Assembly: GCA_963665295.1 (NCBI GenBank)
Contig: OY762209.1
Span: forward strand, 3,552,001-3,616,000
Length of the DNA stretch: 64,000 nucleotides
Source of the DNA: Syntrophorhabdaceae bacterium
GTDB lineage: Bacteria > Desulfobacterota > Syntrophorhabdia > Syntrophorhabdales > Syntrophorhabdaceae
Direction: 5' to 3'
The position numbers and the translations under genes are program-made. Positions 11,703 through 21,694 of the stretch are shown here, piece by piece (the first letter of the stretch is position 1; the number at the start of each line of letters is the position of its first letter). The notes beneath the pieces were generated by a model, which worked only from the letters and a program-made list of their open reading frames with translations, had not been told where the DNA came from and made no database searches.

Positions 11703-11728
11703 AATACAATTAAATTTATAGTTGTATT
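11703..11728. promoter_or_regulatory. AT-rich inverted repeat upstream of lysR, probable regulator binding site
   Basis: AATACAA-N12-TTGTATT in the divergent SDR/lysR intergenic region. Confidence 0.45.
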
Positions 11729-11765
11729 AGAATTCTTAGGTAATCGAGAATAAGAGGGGCGCTGA

Positions 11766-12707
11766 ATGATCAATCTCAATCAGTTGAGGGCATTCTATTC
11801 GGTGGTAAAAACAGGGACATTTTCGAAAGCAGCAACTGAACTTTTCGTTACGGAGCCGGCGGTCTTCATCCAGGTCCGCTCCCTTGAGCGAAGCCTGGGA
11901 TTCAAACTTTTCGACAAGATCGGGAAGGACCTGACCCCTACGGAGACAGGCAAGCTGCTTTACGGGTATGCCGGCAGGATATTCGGTCTTGTGGACGAAG
12001 CGGAGAACGCCATAAAGGACGTAAGGGACCTCAAGGCTGGCGACTTGAGGGTAGGGACGGCCAATGCTCTGGCTCAATATCTTATGCCTATCGTAATCTC
12101 GGCATTCAGGGACAAGCACCCGAAGATACAGGTGCATCTCGATGAAGCCAGTTCCAGCGAACTGGTGAGGGGCGTCGTAGCCCGGGATTATGAAGTAGCC
12201 ATCGTGGCGAGGGTCGCATATCCGGACAGTATAAAGAACATGTCTTTGAGCAGGGAAGAGGTGCTGCTCGTTGCGTCGCCCAGATGTAAGCTTGTATCAA
12301 AACCCGCATGTTCACTGGAGGAATTGAACGGGAGCCCGATGATTTGCAGGGATATCAGGTCGGCGACAAGACAGGCCATCTGGAAGGAGTTCGAGAAGAG
12401 AAGCATTAAGCCCTCGGCGATTATCGAGGCGGGGAACACGGAATTCATAAAGAATCTGGTAGGAAACGACAACGGTGTATCTTTCCTGGCAAAGATATGT
12501 GTGAGAAAAGAGGTGGAGAGGGGTGAACTTGCGGTTATAGCCCTGAAGGAAGGTCCGTTCTTTCTTGACATCGATGTCATCCACTTGAAAGGAAAGACCC
12601 TTTCGTCGGCAGCCACGACATTTCTGCAGTTTCTTGCCCGAACAAGCAGCGCTCCAAATCTGGGCAGTTTTGTCGACGCCATGGAAGAGAAAAAGCCCGC
12701 CGTGTGA
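11766..12707 (+). CDS. LysR family transcriptional regulator
   Basis: NLNQLRAF...GTFSKAATELFVTEPAV..QVRSLE wHTH plus substrate-binding domain. Confidence 0.93.
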   Translation: MINLNQLRAFYSVVKTGTFSKAATELFVTEPAVFIQVRSLERSLGFKLFDKIGKDLTPTETGKLLYGYAGRIFGLVDEAENAIKDVRDLKAGDLRVGTANALAQYLMPIVISAFRDKHPKIQVHLDEASSSELVRGVVARDYEVAIVARVAYPDSIKNMSLSREEVLLVASPRCKLVSKPACSLEELNGSPMICRDIRSATRQAIWKEFEKRSIKPSAIIEAGNTEFIKNLVGNDNGVSFLAKICVRKEVERGELAVIALKEGPFFLDIDVIHLKGKTLSSAATTFLQFLARTSSAPNLGSFVDAMEEKKPAV

Positions 12708-12723
12708 TGGCTTTGCGAGGGAA

Positions 12724-12759
12724 GGGGTTCTTCCCGGACCCGATTAAGGCCCGGGAAGA
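12724..12759 (+). repeat. REP-like intergenic palindrome, copy 1
   Basis: GGGGTTCTTCCCGGACCC...CCGGGAAGA; same element inverted at 27126-27160. Confidence 0.55.
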
Positions 12760-12820
12760 TGGGCGATGACACGAACCTACTGTATCTTTCCCGTACGGCG
12801 TACCGCCGGGACAGAAGTCA

Positions 12821-14152
12821 CTAATTACGTCTGCTTTTGTAAGCCTCCAGCGTTTCTATAAAGGCATCGATCCTGTTATGGGTGTCGGCCTCGTTGTAAG
12901 AACTGATGTCAACGATGTCGCCCTCCATAATGAGTACGGGTATGTCGCCGTAAACCTTTTTGAGGACCTGTGCTTGAAGAACGATTCCCGCGTGCCAGCT
13001 CCGGCATGAAAAAGCGGAGTGGAACACGACGCCGTCGCACTTGTAATCCTCCACATATTCGATGATGCGTTCGACCAGGGGCAGGGACCCGGGGCGTTTG
13101 CGCGCCTTGTCGTACCAGTGGGTATAATACCGTATGAGTCTCCACGCAATGCGCTCCAGAGGATCGTTCGTCTTGGGGAGGTCAAGGCGTTCGATAGGCT
13201 GGGCCACGTGGTACGTGGTTTCCGCGGGGAACACGGCACCTTTGCTGTTGAAATACTGGAAATCACCCAGTGCGAACCAGGAGGGGAGCCCTGCACCCCA
13301 TACCAATCTGTATTTTTCCTCGTCTGCGACCCCCTGTTTATTTGCAACCTTCTCTTTCAATTCATCGTAAAGGCCCTTATAGAAATCATAAGTTTCCTGC
13401 ATACCGAGGTTGAACGTGAGAGGCACCATTGTATTCATGGCATCTCCGGTGTCCATCGGGGTCGGCTGGGCCTTTCTCAACTCATAGGTGTCCACGAAGA
13501 GGTCCCAGGTCCGTTCGGCGAGATCCACCGTAGCGGCAAGCCGGTCCCAGTCCATCTTTTTTCCCGTGACCTTCTCACAGAAGCGGACACATTCACGGAA
13601 TTCATCGGCGGTATACTTGACATAGAACTTCTCCACGTCCCTCCGGTCAATATTCGGATCCCACGGCGGATAGTACATGCCCCCCACGAAGACGGGAATA
13701 TCTTGCAGGTAATGACGGGTGGCTTGTGGCCATTTGAACCGTGGATCGCACAACTGCTGAGCGCTACCGATAATCATATCCGGTCTTCCCATGCCACCCC
13801 AGGGGGCACCGGGAGGCATTTCGCCGCCCAACTCCTCACGCCACATGTCAAATCCGAGGTTACACGTGGCGTAGGTGCAGAGGGAACGGGAGAAGTTTTC
13901 TGCTTCTGCCTTTTCGAGGTACTTGTCCGCATCACGCTTTGCCGCGCATATACCGGAGAAACTTTCTCCCCAGGCGGGTACTATATCCATGGCCCTCATT
14001 ATTTCATCATGGCCATCCATTATGAAGGCGTACGCAACTTTCTTTCCCTCTTCTGCCGCTTTAAGGGTTGCCGCCAGGTTGCCCCGGACAAACTTGGGTA
14101 TCTTTGCTGCCGATTGTGTCGCAAGTGCTCTTGGTTTCTTATCTTCTGCCAT
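12821..14152 (-). CDS. 2-hydroxyacyl-CoA dehydratase / benzoyl-CoA reductase family subunit (HGD-D, HgdA/BzdO-like)
   Basis: FSRSLCTY, PDMIIG...CDPR, DGVVFHSAFSCR, IPVLIMEGD, RIDAFIETL. Confidence 0.85.
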   Translation of the reverse strand: MAEDKKPRALATQSAAKIPKFVRGNLAATLKAAEEGKKVAYAFIMDGHDEIMRAMDIVPAWGESFSGICAAKRDADKYLEKAEAENFSRSLCTYATCNLGFDMWREELGGEMPPGAPWGGMGRPDMIIGSAQQLCDPRFKWPQATRHYLQDIPVFVGGMYYPPWDPNIDRRDVEKFYVKYTADEFRECVRFCEKVTGKKMDWDRLAATVDLAERTWDLFVDTYELRKAQPTPMDTGDAMNTMVPLTFNLGMQETYDFYKGLYDELKEKVANKQGVADEEKYRLVWGAGLPSWFALGDFQYFNSKGAVFPAETTYHVAQPIERLDLPKTNDPLERIAWRLIRYYTHWYDKARKRPGSLPLVERIIEYVEDYKCDGVVFHSAFSCRSWHAGIVLQAQVLKKVYGDIPVLIMEGDIVDISSYNEADTHNRIDAFIETLEAYKSRRN

Positions 14153-14166
14153 GGGCCTAATCCTCC

Positions 14167-15324
14167 TTATGCGATCATTTCCAGGAATGCCTCGACCCTG
14201 GTCTTCACCCTTGGCAAGGTAGAGGTGGAATACTCGTATTCCATGTAGAGCACAGGGGCTCCTGCTGATTCGATATAAGACTTGATTGCGGGTACCTCGA
14301 AGCCGTAAGGGTCACAATATTTGTTGACCAGAAGAATGGCCCCATCAACCTGGAACTCGCTTATGAATTGTTTCATATGGCCGAACCGTAAATCCAGATC
14401 GTCCTGATACGTCCTTCCCGAGCCGACATAGGTGGTGGGGAGCTTCAGCTTTCGCAGATAGTATTCGGCTATTCCCTGAAGGGGATCGGAGGTTACATCG
14501 ACTTCGGGCCAATAGATCTTGCTTCCTATGGAGATGTCATCCATGACCAACCATGCTCCGGCCCCTTCGATGATGTCGGCGATGGCCGGGTTGTCGATCT
14601 GGTCGCCTATAAGCATGATCCTTTTGCCTATGCCCTTCGAGACCGGCGGCCTCTGTTTTACTTCGGCGATCACGCTCTTCACGAGGGCGCTTGACTCGGC
14701 AACAGGCAGGCTCATTGCGGCGACCAGGACCTTTGTCATCTCTTCCCCGGAAATGAGGGGAGGGTTGGTTTTCCTCAAGGCATAGAGGTCTTTGAAGATG
14801 CGCCTGTTTTCGTTGTGGGCCCTGACCGCGAGGACGATGTCCTCATTTGTCACTTTTGTGCCGGTGAACTTTTCGAGGGTAGTGATGAGCAGGCGCAGGA
14901 CCTGTATCATAAACTCTACCGACGGCCCGTCCGTGACGTGGGGCACGTTAAGAAAGTGCCAGTATGACATGTCTGTGTTGTAGCTCCATACATCGTTCGT
15001 CCTGTCCATGCTGTCGCACTGGTGGGGCATGACCATACCATCGAGAAAATCGTACTTTCCTTTGAGGACTGCGTCGAAGAGATTTCTCACAAAGGGACAG
15101 ACGACCGTTTCCATGTGGGCATCCGCCTTTGTAATGGGCTCACTGGGGAAACCCTTCAATCTGAGAGGTACTACGCCTGCGGCTGTCATAATCTCAACGG
15201 GACCGAGGGCGGAAATATACCCGATAATCTTCTTTCCTTCCTTCTTCAGATCCCTCGCCCGGGAGCCGTAATCGGCGTAGCATTCCTCTACCGTTGCCAA
15301 ACCATTTATATTTAGTTGCGTCAT
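14167..15324 (-). CDS. 2-hydroxyacyl-CoA dehydratase / benzoyl-CoA reductase family subunit (HGD-D, HgdB/BzdN-like)
   Basis: PVEIMTAAGVVP, VCPFVR, HQCDSM, VDGAI..KYCDP, TRVEAFLEMI; start chosen at ATG 15324 from RBS. Confidence 0.85.
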   Translation of the reverse strand: MTQLNINGLATVEECYADYGSRARDLKKEGKKIIGYISALGPVEIMTAAGVVPLRLKGFPSEPITKADAHMETVVCPFVRNLFDAVLKGKYDFLDGMVMPHQCDSMDRTNDVWSYNTDMSYWHFLNVPHVTDGPSVEFMIQVLRLLITTLEKFTGTKVTNEDIVLAVRAHNENRRIFKDLYALRKTNPPLISGEEMTKVLVAAMSLPVAESSALVKSVIAEVKQRPPVSKGIGKRIMLIGDQIDNPAIADIIEGAGAWLVMDDISIGSKIYWPEVDVTSDPLQGIAEYYLRKLKLPTTYVGSGRTYQDDLDLRFGHMKQFISEFQVDGAILLVNKYCDPYGFEVPAIKSYIESAGAPVLYMEYEYSTSTLPRVKTRVEAFLEMIA

Positions 15325-15414
15325 AATCCTTCCCCTTATCACCCCGGCCAAGCACCGGGGTAGTGTTCATGGTTTTAGGGCCGGACGAGCCGGCCCTTCC
15401 GGTGAGTTACAGGC

Positions 15415-16992
15415 TTAGTTGTGGTCCTTCCACATTCCGTATCTTTCTCTCAGGATTCTGTGGAGGATTTTTCCGGCGCCTGATCTTGGCATCTCTTCAT
15501 CTTTGATGAAGATGATATTCTTGGGCACTTTGTAACCGGCGATCTTGCCTTTGCAGTACGCTGCCACTTCCTGGGCCGTCGCGGTCTGTCCTTCATGGAG
15601 GACGATGATAGCGGTTACCTGCTCGCCCCACTTCTCGTGAGGCACGCCGATAACTGCCACGTCCTTGATCTTCTCGTGGCCGCCTACGCAGTTCTCGACC
15701 TCTGACGGGAAGATATTTTCGCCGCCGGAGATGATCATGTTGGCCTTCCTGTCAACGAGATATATATAACCGTCCTCGTCCCTCATGCCGAGGTCGCCGG
15801 ACGTGAAGTATTTGCCCTTCATGGACTGCGCCATCTTTTCAGGGGCCTTCCAGTAACCGACGAGAAGCATGGGGCTTCTGGAATAGAGTTCGCCCACTTT
15901 GTTGGGCTCGGTCACGAGGCTGCCGTCATCGTCATAGAGTTGTACGAGGTCGGAGCCGATTACCTCGCGGCCGCAGGAGCCGAGTTTCGTGAGCTGCTCG
16001 TGGGGTTTAAGGACGGTAACGATACCCGCCTCGGTTGACCCGTATGCTTCATAGAGCTCCGAGTTGGGAAACATTTCGAGGATACCGAGCTTCGTATCTC
16101 TCCTCGCGGGAGCGGAGGAGATGAGGAGTTTCTTGATCGTGGTCAGGTCGTACTTCTTTTTGATGTCCTCCGGCAGGGCGAGCATCATGATGTAGTGGGT
16201 GGGTACGAGAGAGGTAAAAGTAACCTTGTGGTCCGAGAAGGTCTTGAGAAGGTCTTCCGGGCTGAAGCTGACCATGTTGTAACACATGACCGTGCCGCCG
16301 ATCCAGGTAACGGGGAAAGAATTGTACACTGAATTGACATGGCAGCAGGGCATGACGAGGAGCACTACGTCGTCGGTCTTGAAGTCATGGTCGAATATTT
16401 CGATGTAGTACTGGGCGAACATATTCTCGTGGGACTTCACCACGCCTTTGGGCAGGCCCGTGGTGCCGCCGGTATACATGATCACCCACGGATCTTCGGG
16501 GTTTACTTCGGTGGCCGGTTCCTCCGGGCTCGCCTTTGCTATTATGTCTTCATAAGACAGGTAACCGTCGAATTTGGGATTGTCCACTGCGAAGGAGATA
16601 TAGTGTTCCACGGTGGTGAGATTTTTCTTCATCCCGTTCGTATGCTCCACCCACTGGTCCTGTACGATGAGGGCTTTTGCCTCACAATGATTCAGGATAT
16701 ATTCCATTTCGGGCCCTGCGAGCCTGAACATGAGAGGTACGCACACAAAGCCTCCCTTTGCGGACGCTCCATAGATCTCCATCCACTCCACTGCATTGTA
16801 GGCGAGGGCGGCGAACCTGTCTCCCTTCTTCAAACCAAGATCGGCAAGGGCATTTGCCAGCCTGCATGATCTTTCGTTCCATTCCTTGAAGGTAAAGGAC
16901 TTGTTGAGGTCCTTTATCCCGACCTTGTCCGCCCACTTGAAGGCATTCACGCGCAGTACATCCTTTGCCGTTAACCAGTTACTTGATAACAT
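15415..16992 (-). CDS. AMP-dependent acyl-CoA synthetase
   Basis: YTGGTTGLPKG, YGSTE, SGDLG, IISGGENIFP, PRSGAGKI. Confidence 0.93.
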   Translation of the reverse strand: MLSSNWLTAKDVLRVNAFKWADKVGIKDLNKSFTFKEWNERSCRLANALADLGLKKGDRFAALAYNAVEWMEIYGASAKGGFVCVPLMFRLAGPEMEYILNHCEAKALIVQDQWVEHTNGMKKNLTTVEHYISFAVDNPKFDGYLSYEDIIAKASPEEPATEVNPEDPWVIMYTGGTTGLPKGVVKSHENMFAQYYIEIFDHDFKTDDVVLLVMPCCHVNSVYNSFPVTWIGGTVMCYNMVSFSPEDLLKTFSDHKVTFTSLVPTHYIMMLALPEDIKKKYDLTTIKKLLISSAPARRDTKLGILEMFPNSELYEAYGSTEAGIVTVLKPHEQLTKLGSCGREVIGSDLVQLYDDDGSLVTEPNKVGELYSRSPMLLVGYWKAPEKMAQSMKGKYFTSGDLGMRDEDGYIYLVDRKANMIISGGENIFPSEVENCVGGHEKIKDVAVIGVPHEKWGEQVTAIIVLHEGQTATAQEVAAYCKGKIAGYKVPKNIIFIKDEEMPRSGAGKILHRILRERYGMWKDHN

Positions 16993-17118
16993 GCTTCCCT
17001 CCAGTTGTGTATTTTAACTCCCCTAATGTCCGGCGGGGACCAACCAGGGATCCCCCCGTGTCAAACTGTGTTATGGCCCGCCTCCCCGGGGGTTTTTGCC
17101 CGGACCCCCGAAGAGTTG

Positions 17119-18669
17119 TTATTGCGTAATATACCGTGCCCTCAGTTTGGGCTTTTCTATCTTGCCGGTCGGACTTCTCGGAACGCTGTCGAAGATGATT
17201 TTGCGTGGTCTCTTGTAGCGCGGGAGATTTTCCTCGCAGTAAAGCTTCATCTCTTCTTCGGTGAGCGCTCCGGGGGAAACGGGTTCGATTACGGCTGTGA
17301 CGATCTCGCCCAACCGCTCGTGGGGGGTGCCGATGACCGCCACATCCCTTACCTTGGGGTGTTTCTGGATTACTTCTTCGACTTCCACAGGGTAAACATT
17401 TTCCCCGCCGCTGATGACGAGGTCTTTGGCCCTGTCTACGAGGTAGATGTACCCATTCTCATCCTGGCGTGCAAGATCACCTGTATAAAGCCAGCCATTG
17501 ACGATGGTCCTTGCGGTAAGCTCGGGGTTTTTGTAATACTCCTTCATGACGCCCATGCCCTTGAGGGCGATCTCGCCTACCGAGCCCCGTGGTACATCTT
17601 CGCCCTGGGAATCGACGATCCGAGCATCCCAGAGGAGGCCGGGTCTGCCTATGGCGCCTATGGTTGCTTCATCCTGTATCCAGTTGTGGATAGTTCCCGG
17701 TCCCGCGCTTTCGCTCAGGCCGTAGGTATTATGACATTTCATCTCAGGGAAATACTCTCTGTATTTCCGTATGAGTGTCGTGGGAATGGGTTGGGCTCCC
17801 ATCTGGAGGATGTGCCAGTGGGTCAGGTCATAGTCTTCCTTCTTGAGCTCTCCTTTGTCGAGGGCTCCAAGGATGTCGAGAGCCCACGGGACGAGGAGAA
17901 AGGCCACGCGCAACTGTTCGCTGCTTATGGCTTCCAGAATGGCCTTGGGGGTAACCGCCTCGGTGAGGAGAACGGTCTTTGCCCCTACGAGCATGGAACC
18001 CAGGAGATGACCCATAGCCACGTGGTACATGGGCGGCATCATGAGGAGGGAATCCTCTCTCGTGAGGGAGAGGCCGGTCACTTCGTTTACTGCCGGGGCG
18101 AAAAGGTTCTTGTGGAGAAGGAGGATAGGCTTGGGTGCCCCTGTGGTGCCCGAGGTAAAATAGAGTCCCGCTTCATCCTCATCCTTTATGTCCACCTTGG
18201 GAGCGAGGGGGGAGTGCTCCGTAATGAGCTTCTCCATGCTCTCCATGTCTCCCACGAGTTTGTCGCCCGTACAGATGAACTTTTTGACCGTAGGCAGGGA
18301 AGAACGGAGGGCGTCGATGCGTTCCGCATATTCTTCCTCGAAAACGAAACAACTCGGTTCGGCCGCCGCCGCACAGTAGAGAATATTCTCATCGGTGAAG
18401 CGGAAATTGAGGGGATTTATCCAGGCGCCCGTTTTTATAATGGAAAAGAAGGCTTCGAGCCAGAGAATGGAATTCTTGCCGAGCCAGAAGACTTTGTCGC
18501 CTTTTTTGACGCCTTTTGCAATAAGGGCGTTGGCAAAACTATTCGTCCTCTCGTCAAACCGCTTCCAGTTGATCTCCAGCCGTGCTTTGGAAACAGGCCT
18601 TATTTCGACAAATGCAGTTTCATCAGGATACAGCCGCGCATTCTTGTATACCAGGTCGACTATGTTCAT
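17119..18669 (-). CDS. AMP-dependent acyl-CoA synthetase
   Basis: FTSGTTGAPK, YGLSE, TGDLA, ISGGENVYP, PRSPTGKI; GGAGG RBS before ATG 18669. Confidence 0.93.
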   Translation of the reverse strand: MNIVDLVYKNARLYPDETAFVEIRPVSKARLEINWKRFDERTNSFANALIAKGVKKGDKVFWLGKNSILWLEAFFSIIKTGAWINPLNFRFTDENILYCAAAAEPSCFVFEEEYAERIDALRSSLPTVKKFICTGDKLVGDMESMEKLITEHSPLAPKVDIKDEDEAGLYFTSGTTGAPKPILLLHKNLFAPAVNEVTGLSLTREDSLLMMPPMYHVAMGHLLGSMLVGAKTVLLTEAVTPKAILEAISSEQLRVAFLLVPWALDILGALDKGELKKEDYDLTHWHILQMGAQPIPTTLIRKYREYFPEMKCHNTYGLSESAGPGTIHNWIQDEATIGAIGRPGLLWDARIVDSQGEDVPRGSVGEIALKGMGVMKEYYKNPELTARTIVNGWLYTGDLARQDENGYIYLVDRAKDLVISGGENVYPVEVEEVIQKHPKVRDVAVIGTPHERLGEIVTAVIEPVSPGALTEEEMKLYCEENLPRYKRPRKIIFDSVPRSPTGKIEKPKLRARYITQ

Positions 18670-18760
18670 TGGTCCCTCCGCGTAGTTATTTTGAGCACTT
18701 TGTATTAATCCCTTGGGGCGGGGCACCCGGAGGACCGGATGCCCCTGCTATTATTCTCGT

Positions 18761-19792
18761 TTAGTGTGCTTTTGCTGTTTTCAGATAATCAAGACAGAAT
18801 TTGACGACTTCGTCTCCAGGTAGGCCTTTTGCCTTGGTGCTCTTTACGTAGTCATCGATGAGCGGTTTCACTTTGGCTGCCCATCTTGCGCTCTCTTCAG
18901 GCGACAGGGCGATGATCTTGTTGCCCCTCTTCAGGGTATAGTCTTTTCCTTCCTGTTCGATCTGGTCCCAGAGGGCACCCGTCTTTTCGATCCATTCCGC
19001 GCTTACCTCACCAAATATTTTCTGAACATCCGGAGGAAGGGCGTTCCATTTGGCCTTATTCATGATAATAAACATACCTGTCGAATATCCGGCGGGGTAG
19101 TCGAGGGTCGTATATTTTATGACCTCGCCCCACTTGAAACCCTGGAGGGCTTCCATGGGTGACATGGCGCCGTCCGCCACACCGGTGCGAAGTGCGTCAT
19201 AAGTCTCAGGCTGTGTGGTCCCCACGGGGGCGCCGCCCAGAGCGATGACAATCTTTGAAGCGAGGCCGGTGGCCCGGATCTTCATGCCCCGCACATCTTC
19301 AAGTTTATTGACCGGTTTCTTTGTATGAAGGAGGCCGGGTCCGTGGGCGTGGAGGTAAAGTACCTTCACGTCATCGAGTTCTTTCGGTTTGAACTTTCCG
19401 TAGTAGGCGTTGATCAATCTCGTCGCCGATATGCCGTTTTTATAGCCGAGAGGCAGGTCGATGGCCTCGGTAAGGGGAAATTTACCTCTCGTATATGCGA
19501 AGCAACTGAAACCGATATCGGCAATACCCTTTACGACGTTGTCATAGGTTTGTGCCGCAGGGGTGAGGGTACCTCCGGGAAAATATGCGATCTTGACTTT
19601 CCCGCCCGTTCTTTTCTCCACCTCTTTGCACCACTGGTCGGCAAGGATACTGTGTTTGTGAGGAGCAGGAAAGAAGTTCGAATAGTTGAGCGAAATAACC
19701 TTTTGGGCCGACGAATAACCTGGAAGCGCTATGATACAGATGCCGAGACACAAGACGATGAAAAATACCTTTGAAGCCGTGAACCTTTTCAT
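18761..19792 (-). CDS. TRAP transporter substrate-binding protein (DctP family)
   Basis: Signal peptide; EVEKRTGGKVKI, KLEDVRGMKIR, YDALRTGVADG. Confidence 0.9.
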   Translation of the reverse strand: MKRFTASKVFFIVLCLGICIIALPGYSSAQKVISLNYSNFFPAPHKHSILADQWCKEVEKRTGGKVKIAYFPGGTLTPAAQTYDNVVKGIADIGFSCFAYTRGKFPLTEAIDLPLGYKNGISATRLINAYYGKFKPKELDDVKVLYLHAHGPGLLHTKKPVNKLEDVRGMKIRATGLASKIVIALGGAPVGTTQPETYDALRTGVADGAMSPMEALQGFKWGEVIKYTTLDYPAGYSTGMFIIMNKAKWNALPPDVQKIFGEVSAEWIEKTGALWDQIEQEGKDYTLKRGNKIIALSPEESARWAAKVKPLIDDYVKSTKAKGLPGDEVVKFCLDYLKTAKAH

Positions 19793-19985
19793 AATGTTGC
19801 CCCCTTTTTAAATTTTGGTTTTTATGTTTCCGTAGCGGAAACATAATCAAGTATCGCTGTGCGGTTCCTCCCTCCGCTCAGCAGATATAATCTATTATCA
19901 CAAACGGAAGGGAAATAAATGATATGAATAAGGCAGACTAATAGCAGCAAAAAAATGCTATTATGTATGATTGAAGAAGGATTGG

Positions 19986-21611
19986 TCAGCTAAGGGACAT
20001 GAGATACGACTTGAGGTTGATTTTGCGTTTATTCAATCCCAGCTTGTCTCTGATGTTCTGGCGGTGGTGGTTTATGGCGTTTTCCGATACCCCCGAGATT
20101 CTGGCGATTTCCTTTATTGTCCTGCCGTCTCTGATAAGGTTGGCAACCATGATCTCCGTGGGGGTAAACTGGGAATAGACGTAGACCATCTTCTGGACAA
20201 AGGGGGATATAATGTTCTTAAGGTTTGTCTCAAGGATATCTACATAGGTCTTCTGCTCGTGATCGAGCCGTTTTTCCTTCAGGCGCTCGAGGTAGGGGAG
20301 GACGAGCTTCTTTACGTTGCTTATGATCTTGTCCTCCATCTCGTCTTTGTCCTGCTCGCGCTGCTTGAGCAAAATCCTCAGGGCGGCGTTGACTTCCTCC
20401 AGGTTAAGGGTCTTAATCCTCAACTCCTCCTCTCCCCTCTTCTGCTCGGTGATATCGCGGACGAACCCCCCGACGCCCTTCGAGTTGTCACTCAAATTCA
20501 CGGGAAACCTGCGTGTTTCGTAAACTCTGTTTCCTATGGTTTCCTCCAGTATGACGATGGACGACGACTTGAGCGATTTCTTGTCGGCCCGTCTCGCCTT
20601 TTCGGCGTCTTTTGACGGCCGGATCTGAAAATCCGTATTGTGGAGGATATCTTCCTCATTTTTCCTGAAGAACTTCCAGAAAGGTTTGTTGACGATTATA
20701 TATTGAAGCTGGCCGTCCTTCAGAAAGACACCATCCGCCGTGGAATCCATAAAGGTCCGATATCGCTCCTCGCTTGCCCTCAACGCGTTTTCCATTTCCT
20801 TGCGGTGAGTAATATCTTCTATGGTTCCTTCGTAGTAGAGGGTCTTGCCGTTGCGGTCCCGCACTGTCCGGGCATTGAGAGAAACCCACGCCTTATTGCC
20901 GTCTTTCTTGTATACCTGTTCCTCGAACCCTTCGACAGAACCCTGTTGCTCACAGAGGGTCTTAAATCTTTCGCGGTCTTCGGGGTTAACATAGAGCTCC
21001 TTCCCTATGTCCGTATAGGATGCCACGAGTTCCTGGGCGGACCTGAACCCGTACATCTTTGCAAAGGTAGTGTTCGCGGTAATGACCTTTCCTGCCGGCG
21101 TGGTCTGGAAGATGCCCTCAATTGCGTTTTCGAAGATACCGCGATATTTTTCTTCACTTACCTTAAGCTTGTTTTCCGCATCCTTTCGTTCGCTCACGTC
21201 CCTGACGATAGCCTGAAGGAGGACTGTATTCTCGTCTATTTCGATCTGGTTGAGGCTTACTTCCGCGTCGAAGGGTGTGCCGTCGTGTCTGCAGTGCTTC
21301 CACTCGAAAAACTGGGGACGGCCAGAAATGGCGGCTTTTCCCAGGGCTATCGCCTTTCCTTTCGACGGCGCTCCGTCGGGTTGAAAGGACGGAGAAAACC
21401 GATAGGGTGTTTGCCCGACACTCTGCTCCCTTGAACAACGGAAGATGGTGAGGAACTTCTGGTTGCAGTCGATGATGATATCTCTTTTCATAAGAAATAT
21501 TGCATCGTTGGCGTTGTCAAAAAGAGTCCTGTACTTGATCTCGCTTTCCCGGAGCTTGTCGAGGGCGAGCTTCCCCTCCATAATTTCATCTGCGGCGGTT
21601 TTGTCATTCAT
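19986..21611 (-). CDS. Multi-PAS LuxR-family one-component regulator
   Basis: Three PAS domains (EDIT/RDVS/RDIT ends) plus C-terminal FTPTEIMVANLIRDGRTIKEIA...HRQNIRDKLGL HTH. Confidence 0.9.
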   Translation of the reverse strand: MNDKTAADEIMEGKLALDKLRESEIKYRTLFDNANDAIFLMKRDIIIDCNQKFLTIFRCSREQSVGQTPYRFSPSFQPDGAPSKGKAIALGKAAISGRPQFFEWKHCRHDGTPFDAEVSLNQIEIDENTVLLQAIVRDVSERKDAENKLKVSEEKYRGIFENAIEGIFQTTPAGKVITANTTFAKMYGFRSAQELVASYTDIGKELYVNPEDRERFKTLCEQQGSVEGFEEQVYKKDGNKAWVSLNARTVRDRNGKTLYYEGTIEDITHRKEMENALRASEERYRTFMDSTADGVFLKDGQLQYIIVNKPFWKFFRKNEEDILHNTDFQIRPSKDAEKARRADKKSLKSSSIVILEETIGNRVYETRRFPVNLSDNSKGVGGFVRDITEQKRGEEELRIKTLNLEEVNAALRILLKQREQDKDEMEDKIISNVKKLVLPYLERLKEKRLDHEQKTYVDILETNLKNIISPFVQKMVYVYSQFTPTEIMVANLIRDGRTIKEIARISGVSENAINHHRQNIRDKLGLNKRKINLKSYLMSLS

Positions 21612-21694
21612 TGCGCGGACTCCCTCTGATGAACTGCCTTATCTGCAACTCTGTTTTAACACAACGGCCGGCCGGTCGCAAGGGGGCTGCAGCC

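Noticed and set aside
17005..18708. 567-aa plus-strand ORF (also 13019-14248, 52745-54136, 55633-57885)
   Set aside because: Antisense shadows of well-supported genes, expected at this GC content and codon bias
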